Positions 1 to 10,400 of a DNA stretch of 64,000 nt are shown here, piece by piece. A program made the position numbers and the translations under genes. The stretch is from Haplodiscus bocki (lineage: Eukaryota): assembly GCA_965655095.1 (NCBI GenBank), contig OZ296648.1:122202001-122266000 (forward strand). Direction: 5' to 3'. Position 1 is the first letter of the stretch; the number at the start of each line of letters is the position of its first letter. Below the pieces are notes generated by a model, which searched no databases, was not told where the DNA came from, and saw only the letters and a list, made by a program, of their open reading frames with translations.

Positions 1-248
1 CTTCAAGCCGTACTTCAGGAATGAACAACAATTGGTATTAATGAATCATAAGTGTAGTAGGAGCCGTGACTCCTGTACCACAAAAAGAAGTTGAATCAAA
101 AGACAAAAGACCTGAAGCTAATTACTTAGCCTCTGAAAACGAAACTTTTCTGTTATTTTCAAAAATATTGATGGCAGAGATATTTCTCCGAGGAAATGAA
201 GGTTTACCGAGAAGAGTTGAAGTTTTCATCAAAGTGGAAAAGTCAAAA

Positions 249-520
249 TCAATTGAAAAACAGTGAGAAGAAAAGTCCGAAATAATTCCAGGGAGGGAGT
301 TTGCTTCTTCCAAAAAACTTTTTTCGGTAAACTAAAATACTTCCTTGAAGTTCTGAGAATTTGCCACGCGGACTGAGAAACAATCCAGAAAACAGAAAGT
401 TTTGTTTTACTTTTCGAAAGTTATCGATATCTCCAAAATTAATACGATAGAACAAAATGCTCTGTACAAAATGGAGTTTATAATCCGTTAAAAACAATGA
501 GATAGTTCCAATTGCGGGTC
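249..520 (-). pseudogene. Possible degenerate CMC-EnSpm (CACTA) transposase fragment
   Basis: Minus frame reads GTISLFLTDYKLHFVQSILFYRINFGDIDNFRKVKQNFLFSGLFLSPRG. This loosely follows the spacing of the first catalytic-Asp region of EnSpm transposases (isL..tDG...S....i..L...R....N....GL). Pattern match by eye only; the G after D is absent. Confidence 0.2.
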
Positions 521-1028
521 CTTTGACGGCGGAACCCGACTACAAACCGCTCTTCAGAAATCATTTTCAAAAATCACACAATTTTCGCCGAGACCTAGCA
601 ACAGTTTTTCTTCAATAAAACTTGCTTCGATTAAACTCAGACGATTTAAGTTGAATTATTAACCTTTTCTCAGAAAATTTTTCGTTTTTGATAGCACACA
701 GAGCACACCATTATATGACGCAATTCCATGACCAATATAATTTTCGGTTTTTATGAAAAAGTTGCGGAAAGTTTGTGTTTGACAAGGTAAGAGCTAATAA
801 ACAGCAAAACGGGAAAAAACGCCCTCTACCATTGAAAGCTTCCGCAGAGGCCGTTTTCAGCAGGAATGAATACATAATTCCACTCTCAACATTTGTTGTT
901 GTTATCATATTTATTGAAGCAAAATTCACAAACAATTGAGTTGTCAGGCTTCAATATAATGACAATGTACTGGTGTATATCCCTGATAACTGCAATTTGT
1001 AAATTGACAAGTTTCAACACATTGAATA

Positions 1029-1192
1029 CCCCAGCTCAAAGGTATCCCAGCTCAAGATTCTTGCAAGATTCATGCAGTACATATAAGTCGTGCAAGAACC
1101 TTGCAAGGCGATGCACTACTTACAATTTTCTTGCAAGGAAATACATTTTGTGCAAATATCTTGCTAGTATTGCATTTTTGCCTAAACTAAAA
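1029..1192 (+). mobile_element. Short non-autonomous DNA element (MITE-like), TTGCAAGA-rich, copy 1
   Basis: Starts TA|CCCCAGCTCAA (CCCAGCTCAA repeated at 1046). Contains many TCTTGCAAG/TGCAAG motifs. Ends TTGCATTTTTGCCTAAACTA, a degenerate match to the TGCATTTCGTCTCAACTAGGG end of copy 3 (reverse complement). Confidence 0.6.
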
Positions 1193-1516
1193 ATTTTACC
1201 AGAAGCGCTGAAGAGTACTGACATTGTGCTTTAGACAATCAACTTGACAACTTGGATGGAAAGGACCACCTGAGAGGTAGAGAAATCATCTGAAAAATTA
1301 CTGAGGAGTATTGGTGACTAACAATGTGAAACACAACCAAATCACAGAAGAAGCCCGTTTGTTCTGGTTTTGGTTGGTAGCACAGGCAGCCCACTGACAC
1401 AAAAAGGCACCGATATCAACAATGGTGCGACTGAATTGAGGTAATACATCCACCTCAAAAGCTGCGGCGTCGATTGAAAAAAACTACGGAAAAAAGCATA
1501 ACAGCGCTGCGGCATT

Positions 1517-2189
1517 CTCCTTTGACGATGGTTAAGAAATATTCTGATAAAGAATGGCTGAATTTTTCAGATCAAGATTAACGTTTTCAGATTCTATTTG
1601 TCCAGAGGAAAAATTCCAGCCTTATTCATAAAGCATCCAAAACGTTAGAAAGTTTTTCGGACTTTCAGATTTTGCGGCAAAATTTCTCGGCAGGGTTGTC
1701 AAAAATGCAATTTACTGTCCAGAGGACAGATTTAGGATGATAATATTACAAAAAAACTAAGTCATTTTTTTGGGACTCTAAGCAAAACATTCAAGACCCT
1801 GTCAGCAAGAAATTTCACAAGAGTTGTCAAAACTTCAGTCTTAGTGCCCATATGAGAAGTTTGAGGAAATGTTGTCAAACAAATCACTATTTTTAAGAAT
1901 TATTGGACTTTGAGAGTTCTTTTATTGGGGTTTTGGCTTGAAAAAATTATGGCAGGTTTGTTGAAACGAAAAGCAACGTGTCAAGAGGAACATCTTGATC
2001 AAATTGAAAAAATCAACATATTTTAGTTCTGTTTCGTTATTTTGGAAAAGTTTTGCGAAACTCTCTCGAACTCTTGGCGAACTCAATGCGTATACTCATT
2101 CGGACGTTAATGTATAGCGTGGACAAAAAGAAGTTTTTTTGGAGACGTTTTTGTTGCGAAGGCCAAATCTTCGCCATGGTGAAAGGCAG
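1517..2189. mobile_element. TIR-bounded relic element carrying an internal ~130-bp tandem repeat
   Basis: CTCCTTTGACGATGGTTAAGA (1517-1537) is an imperfect reverse complement of TCTTCGCCATGGTGAAAGGCAG (2168-2189). No clear TSD. Confidence 0.45.
1575..2090 (+). repeat. Degenerate tandem repeat, ~117-135-bp unit, ~4 copies
   Basis: Recurring motifs: TGTCCAGAGGA (1599, 1716, variants ~1844 and ~1979), GTTGTCAAAA (1695, 1823, variant ~1957), and TTT(C/G)GGACT/TTGGACTTT in each unit. Confidence 0.7.
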
Positions 2190-3928
2190 AAAAAAGGCAG
2201 ATTTCAAGAGAGCTGCAAATGAAAGTCACTTATTCTTTTTACAAGGACTTGGTGACCTTCAAATGTTTCTTGTGGCGCACTACAAGAAGTAAATGCATTC
2301 TCTTTTAACAGAAGTATACCACAAGTTTAGTCAGTGAAGGATTTGATCACAAACATCTAATCGCGTGCGGAGGAAAACTTTTCCCGATTCAAAGCATAGT
2401 ATCTGTGTTGTCTGTAGTTCGCTGTGTTTTCGCGGCATATTTAATACACTAAGTCCCTAGAACTTGAAAGTTGCTCATCAGCAAAAATTGGTGGCTTTCC
2501 GGTCTCTTCCAATAATTTCCAATGGAGAAGTGAACAAAAAATTTCACTTTTTCGATAAAGTTCTAGTTTTTTTGGGCAATCCGAAAAGAGCTGAAACATC
2601 ATCTTTTCTGCAAAAGCAAATAATGTCGGTATCCACGACTAAACTGACTTTCAGTTCGACGGAGATAAGATTTCTTTACATCATGTGATGCATAGCGCAG
2701 GTTTTTGTGTGGAGGAAGGATTTCCATCCTGCCGCTGACATGGATCAACACCAAAAGTTCAAGGGCTTTCACATATTTAGAAACCTACAGGCTGAGTTGT
2801 TTTTCTTATTTCTTTCCGAAGATTCATCGATGTACTCAGAACCAAGTTTTTGCAAATGTTGTTGTTCAGTGAAAAAAAAACATCGGACTTGTTGGAGATG
2901 ATTGGTAAGTGTATCGTTTACGCTCGAGTAAAACTCCACAGAAGTTTGAAACAACTGTTCCCTAAATTAATAATGAAAGTTCATTGCCTGTTTTTTGACT
3001 ATTCGGTGCTACTAACCATGAGAATCAGAAAATAGAACAACAAAATTCGGAATGTTATTATTAAAGAAACAGCGGACGCAAAAATATCAGTTTTTTTGAG
3101 CCACTTCAACAAAGCCCATCGTTTTCAGCCTGGAAGTGTTCAAAAATCAGATGAAGCGGATTAGTGATTGCCGGGTAAAATGTTTCACTCTGGAGGTAGA
3201 AATCAGTGCATGGAAGAGCTTGATTCCTCTTGAAAAACCTTTGATCATAACCTACACCTGTTTAAGGTGAACAATTGAGTAGAGTTTTGCATAAAAGACC
3301 CCTACCATTATCAAACAGAAAAATGCAGTGCACCCAATCGATCAATTTGATGTTATTAAAATAATTTTTCCGACCTTGAAAATTTGGTCGCTGAAAATTC
3401 AGATACACTTTATGAAGGAAATCCTTTTCGCTAAAATGTTGAGAGAAATGATTTACGTCCGTCAGGAAAAAAATATTCCAACATCTACTGACTGAATAGC
3501 CAAAGACAACGAGTTCAGTTTTTTAAGTGGCATTTTTCCCAAGTGACGCTTAATTAAGTGATTTGTACTGTGAACAGTCCCGAAGAGACAAAGACATCAC
3601 TTGCAACACACCAAGGACTGTAGGGAATCGTCATCCCTCTGTTTGGTTTTTGGTGCCAATGAACTAACAAGAGAAGGAAACATACTCTTTGGAGAAACAG
3701 CAGCAAAAACACTCGATGAGGAATAATGTTACCGAGTAAAGACATAGAAGACAGTGATCGTTCTCTCACTGATGAACATCTTTGCTTTTGAACTTTTTAA
3801 GAGCTCCTTTTCTTGGATCGGAATAAACTTTTGTTGGTCGAAAATTTGTTTTTTGGGTACCACTTGAATTACAAGCTAAAGAAAATTTTCATTGCTTCAT
3901 CATTCGGAAGACTCAAGAAAAATGTGCA

Positions 3929-4143
3929 GACAGCACAAGATTTTTTCACGAACAAATCTACTTCTTGCAGGATTCTCGCAAGACGCATTTGTTTATTGCG
4001 AGACTCCTGCAAGGTTGATATGTTCCTCGCAAATCCATTGCAAGGATGATGCGTTCTTTGTAAGGTTGTTGCATGATACTTGCAAGATTATTGCACTATC
4101 TTGCAAGAATCTTGCAAGGATTCTGTTTTTTTTTCATCTAAGG
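3929..4143 (+). mobile_element. TTGCAAGA-rich MITE-like element, copy 2
   Basis: Left CAGCACAAGATT resembles CAGCTCAAGATT of copy 1. Dense TTGCAAG motifs at 3960-4120. Right end TTCATCTAAGG|TA matches TTCATCTAGGG of copy 4. Confidence 0.6.
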
Positions 4144-4243
4144 TAGTCACCATTGTTTGTCAAAAAACAATGAATACAATTTAATTGAAGTCATTTAATG
4201 CAGTGCTCATTGAAACATTTCCAAAATCTGATAATAGACGCAA

Positions 4244-4406
4244 TTAAAGATAGTAGTTTCCATTGATTAGTAAATAGAACAAGTAGTACTGGTGACAAGG
4301 GTGGCAGCGGAACACCATCAGTAGTTCTGGCTGGTAACCGAATTTTGGACCCTCGTCAGAGCGGATGTAGAAGCATTCACACTGGCATCTGCATTCGTCA
4401 TATTTT
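4244..4406 (-). other. Possible terminal exon or gene fragment (Cys-rich), unverified
   Basis: Minus strand has an acceptor-like TTTGTTCCGCAG followed by an open frame KYDECRCQCECFYIRSDEGPKFGYQPELLMVFRCHPCHQYYLFYLLINGNYYL*. ATTAAA lies ~45 nt downstream and the stretch is GC-richer than its flanks. No recognised homology. Confidence 0.15.
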
Positions 4407-7400
4407 CTGCGGAACAAACTTTCTTATTTTACAATGTAGGTAACAAATGACCAGAACCTTGACCATTCTGTCATTCTAAACCAAAATGCTGCTGTTTTGG
4501 GACGATAGTGAAATGATGTTTTTTACGAACGGTATTTTCCGTTGAAGATTGAAGCATGTCCAGTTGAAAATTACAGTGCCCTTGTAAAGTGTTCCATGTA
4601 ATTGTCTCCTGAAACACCGGTGGACACTTGTTCCCACCGGAAGCCGGAGTTTTCTTCCATCCAGGCCAGACCAAAAATCCGGTGAAGTCCTATCGATGAA
4701 TAGTAACTACTAATAAAACAAAGAAAACTTGCTACGATAACAGCGCATGAACCAAAAACCACTTAATACTCGCCAACTATTTTGGGAGCCTAGAAATATC
4801 TCAGAAAAGTTTGGCAGTTTTTATTGCCAACAGACCCGAACATTTGAAATCTTTGCAGAGTTTAGTGTCATATAAAATTCCAGAGTCAAAAAGAGAAATA
4901 AAAACTACTGGAACAAAACAAAGAAGTACATCAGTCGTCTGATCTGGACCTCAGATCGTTGGCATTGGTTCTTCAGTATTGTAAAAAAACCAAGTCCTGA
5001 ACTTTATAGTAGTGATATGTCCTAAACTACATAATAGTGATTGATCCTAAACTAAAAAATAGTGATACATGCTGAAATACACAATAAGGATAAATCAGAA
5101 ACTCAATCAGAGCAAAATATCCCAAACTATATAACAGTGATAAGTACTAAACTATATAAGAGTGATAAATCCTGAACTATAAACTAGTGATACGTCCTAA
5201 ACCATACAATAGTGATAATTACTAGATTATTTAAAAAGGACAGATCCTGGTTTTTCTATCAGTGATAAATCCAAAGCTAGACTTTTACGATCAACTTTAA
5301 ACTAGATTTTAGTGCTATACCCCAAAGTATCTAAAAAAGATGAATCCTAACCTATATATCTGGAAAAAAACCCTGATTTATAAAACACAGATAAATCCTA
5401 AAAAAAGTAGTGATAAAACATAAACTACAGAAAAGTCACATTTCTTCAGCTATCCAAAAGTGATAAATCTTAAACTATATTATAGTGATAAATCATAATT
5501 TAGATAGTAGTGATACCTGCTGAAAAATAGTTTAGTGACAATACCTAAAATATATCCTTGTGGTAAATCTCAACTACTTATTAGTGATAAACCTTAACTT
5601 GTGAAATAGTGACAAACCCTAAAAAAAGAATATAGTGATATGTCCTAAACCACACAAACGTGATGAGTCCTAAACAATACAAAACTGGTAAATACTAAAA
5701 CACACTCATGTAATCAATCCGGAACTATGAAACAGTGACATAGCATAAATTATTTAATGGTGATACATACTAAACAATGATCGTGATAACCCCCAAACTA
5801 GATTAGAACAACTTCTAAATTGGAAAATAGCATCAAAACTTAAACTACAATTAGAGCAAAATTCTAACCAATACATCAGTGATAGTGCCTAATTTGTTTT
5901 TTACTGAAAAATCCCAAACAAAAAAATACTGATAATTTCTAAACTACAAAAAAGTGACAACTTCTTAACTATGGAGTGGTGATAAATCCTAAACCATATG
6001 GCAGTGATAAATCTATACTAGATAAAAAAGAGACATACTGGAACGTGGTATAGTGATAAAACCAAAAATAAATCAGAGTGATAACTCTCAACTATTTCTT
6101 AGTGATAAATCCTAAACTATATATTAGTGATAAATCCTATGAGTAGATAGTAGTGACATATCATAAAATGCCGAAAGTGATGAATCCTAAACTATACAAT
6201 ACTGATAAAACCTGAAAATTATAGAAGTGATCAATCCTGAACTAAAAAGCAGTGACAGATCAAAAGCTATGAATTAGTGATAGATACGAAACTACTTCCA
6301 ATTGATAAATCTGAAACTACTTAATAACTACACTTTCTGAACTACAAAAAGAAACAGATTAAGCCTGAAGTAAATAATAGAGAAAACTCCTAACCAAAAA
6401 TTCAGTGAAAGACCATACTTTGTTTTTCACTGAAAAATCCTAAACAAAATAATACTGATAAATTCTGAAAAACAAAAAAGTGACAATTTCTTAGCCATAT
6501 AATAGTGATATATCCTTAACGATATGGCAGGGATAAATCCTGAACTTTTTTACTACTGATATATGCTGAAAAATAGAAAGATGATAAATACTAAATTATA
6601 TCATAGCGAAGTAACCTAAATAAAAATTAGTGATAAATCCAAAACTATAATACAGTGATGAATCCCAAACTACATGATAATGATAGTTCCCTAACTATGG
6701 AATCGTGACTTTTTCGGAAATAAAAACATGCAAAAGACTAAACTATTTATTAGTGATCAGTCTGATGAGTACTAAACTATATAGTAATGATAAAACTTAA
6801 ACTATGTAACAGTGATATATCCTAAACTTAAATTTTCTGATAAATCATAAATGACATGGGAGTGAAAATTCTAAACTATCTTTTGGTGAAACATCCTGAA
6901 CCATACAAAATTGATGAATCCTAAACTGTATAAAGGTCGATTAGCCTAAAAAATGAAATAGTCAAAAACCCTAGGTTATAGTAAAATGATAAATCCTAGA
7001 TTACACAAAAGTGATAAAACATAAATTATACAGTAGTGATAAATTCTAAACTTTTTTACTGATAGAAACCGAAATTTCTAGTAATGTTGAAATCGAAACT
7101 ACATAATAGTGATACATTCTGATCTAGATAACAGTGATAGCTGCTCAAACAAATGATAGTCAAAATACCTAAACTATATCGTCGTGACAAATCCTAAACT
7201 ATATGATATGGATAAAAATCACAACTATATAAAAGTGATAAATACTAAAGTTAGAAAAAAGTGATACCTTCTAACCTAAAAATCAGTGAAGAGTGCTAAA
7301 CTAATTTTGCTGGAAAACACCTAACTATATACTAGTGACAAATCCAAAGCAAAAAGGTAATGATGAAATTTAAACTAAAAAATAGTGGTAAATTCGAAAC

Positions 7401-10400
7401 TATACATTGCAGATACTCACTGAATTATGTAGTAGTGATAAATCCTAAGCTGTGTGGAAATGATAAGTCATGAAACAATGTATTAGAGACACAGCCTGAA
7501 CTCTACGTTAGTGGTATAATCTAAACTGTATTTTACTGAATAATATTCAACTATATAAAAAAGATAAGTCCTGAGCTATATAACAGTGACAAATCCGAAA
7601 AGGGATAAAATTCATACATGCTGAAAAATACAATAACATTCAATCAGAAACTGTATCGTAGTCATAAACTCCGAAGTATTCAAGAGTGATTAATCCTATA
7701 CTATTTAACAGTGATAAATCCTGAAAGTCGAAAGTATTGTTACATCCTAAACTATACAATCGTGATAAAAGCTAAACAACAAACTAATGATAAATCCTGA
7801 AATTGGAAAGTTGTGATACAGTCTAAACTAAACAAAAGTGACAAAATCGTGAACTATACAGAAGTAAAAAATCCTAAACTATGTAAATGTGGCAAATCCC
7901 AATCTATCTAAAGTGTTTAACCCTAAAATATACTCTAGTGATATAATCTGAACTAAATATTAGTGACAAATCCCCAAACTATATAGAAGTGATAAGTCCT
8001 GATGAAAAGCATTAGTGACACAGCCTGAACTAAACAATGGTGATAATTTCTAAATGTATTTCAAAAAAAAATACCTAACTGTGCAGTATTAACAAATCCT
8101 GAACTATATTATAGTAATGATTCTAAAACTGGAGAAAAGTCGCGCACCCCGAAAAAAACAATAGTGATCAATCTTAAACTTTATTATAGTGATAAGCCTC
8201 AAACTATTTGATACTGAATAATCCTAAACTTTAAAATAGTGGTAATATCTTCAGGTAGAAACTAGTGAAAAATCCTAAACCATACAATAGTGATAAATAC
8301 TAAACTATGTATTATTGATCAACACTGGTTTTTGTAATAATGAAAACTCCTAAACTAAGTAGAAGTGATATTTCTTGAAACAAGGAATTAGTGATGCAGT
8401 TTAAATAATACATTACTGACAAAACCCAAATTACTTTTACTGATAAAAACTCAGCTTCATAGTTGTAATAAAATCCTAAACTAAAAGAGAGTGTTAAAAT
8501 CTAAACTTTATAAAAGTGATAAACATTAAAGTCAGAAACAGTGAAACATCCTAAATTATACAATAGTGATAGAGGCGAAAACAAATTTTACTAAAAAACA
8601 CTTAAATTATACTTGTGATAAATCCTGAACAAATGGATAGTAATGAGAACAAAAACTCAGTGAAAGTGATGAAACCTAAACTATGTATTAGAGATAAACA
8701 CGGAATTTTGTACTAGTGATAAATCCTATATTTTATAGAAGCGCTAAGTTAAGAAAAAAATGTATTATAGACACAGCATAAACCATACAATAGTGATAAA
8801 TCCTCAACTATGTTTTACTGATAATTACTGAACAAGATAAGCGTGATTTATCCTAAACCCTATACTTGTGATGAATCCTAAACTAGACAGAAGTATTATA
8901 TCGTGAACAATAAATTGTGATAAATCCAAAACTATTTATGAGGAATAAATAATACGCCATACTGAAAAAACAAATCCTAAAATAAAAACTAGTGATAAGT
9001 CTTCAACCTTATAGTACTGATACATCTTGAACTCAGCAGTTTTCATTCTTCTAAAACTATATAATATTCAAAACTCCTAAACTATTCATTAGTGATAAAG
9101 CCAAGACTAAATTGAAGTGAAATTCCTAAAATAATTTAAACTGATAAACACTCTGCTTTCATGGCTATAAAACCCTAGAATGTACGTTAGCTTTAAATCC
9201 CAAACTAAAAGTAGTGATACTGTCTGAAAAATACAATGCGGATTAATGTTAAACTATAAGGAAGTGATTAATACCAGACTGTATAATAGTGATAATTTCC
9301 AAACTACATGAAAGTGATAACCCCTGGAAGTACATAGTATTGATACAACCTGAACTATACAATGGTGAAAAATGCAGAACTATAACTGACTGATAAATAA
9401 TAATCTACCAAGTACTGATAAATCTCAAACTACTTTAAAACTTTGAGTTTTCAAATAAAAAAAAGAGAATATTTAATTTATAATAAACTGACATATGTTG
9501 AACTTTGTGATTGGAATAAATCCAATTTTATATAATAGTGACCCATCCTGAACGATACAATGGTCAAACATCCTAAACCACGAAACATTGATAAAAACTG
9601 AATAACAAAAAAGTGATAAAGGCTAAACTTTTTTTAAATGATGGATCTTAAGCTAGATAAAAGTGAAACATCCCATACTTTACAATAGTGAGAAATCCTT
9701 AACTAAAAGTTACTGAAAAAAACCATATAGTAGTGATAAATCCTAAACCTTACAGTAGTGTTAAATCCTAAACTGAACAAAAGTGTTTTTCCTGAACTTT
9801 ATAAAAGTGATGACTACTCCAAAACATTTCAAAAGTGATGAATTTTTGGCTATAGAAAATAGTTTAATACTAAACCAAAGATTAGAACTATGTAGTACTG
9901 ACACATCCCCAACTAAACAGTAATGATGAATCCTGAACGATAGAAAATTGAACATTCCTAAAATTTCTTCTAGTGATAAATCTTGACCAGATTGAAGTGA
10001 ATTCCTAACTTGATTTACACAGATAAATACTCAACTCTATACTAGTTAAAAACCCTAAACGGTATGTTAGTTACAAAACCCAAAATGAAGTCGAGGTAAT
10101 AGCTGAAAAAAACAACAAAGAGTAATCGTAAACTGTATCATTGTGACAAAACCAAGATCATTCTATAGAGATTATTACTAAACTTAACAACAGTGATAAA
10201 AAGTAAACTGTATAAAACGACAAATCCAAATTTACATCATAGTAATAACGACTAAAAGTAGCTATTTTACATCTTCAATATTACCATAGCGATAAATCCT
10301 AAACTATATAAAAGAAGAAATCCATAATTTATCTGATAGTGGTAAATCCTAAACTGTGTATTAGTGATTAATCCTGAACTATATGAAACTTTAATAGAGT

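Noticed and set aside
893-1234. 113-aa ORF, and similar ORFs at 3813-4146 and 54343-54653
   Set aside because: They run through the TTGCAAGA elements (SCKNLAR/LQDSC motifs are translations of the palindromic repeat).
2380-2700. EnSpm-like motifs on the minus strand (AMHH, KKTRTLS, RKATNF, CFESG in plausible order)
   Set aside because: The motifs are very short, the spacing does not fit, and there are multiple stops. This cannot be distinguished from chance without a profile search.
6755-6790. Hammerhead ribozyme core CTGATGAG
   Set aside because: CTGATGA is a common variant of the satellite GTGATAA core; no stem II/GAAA arrangement follows.
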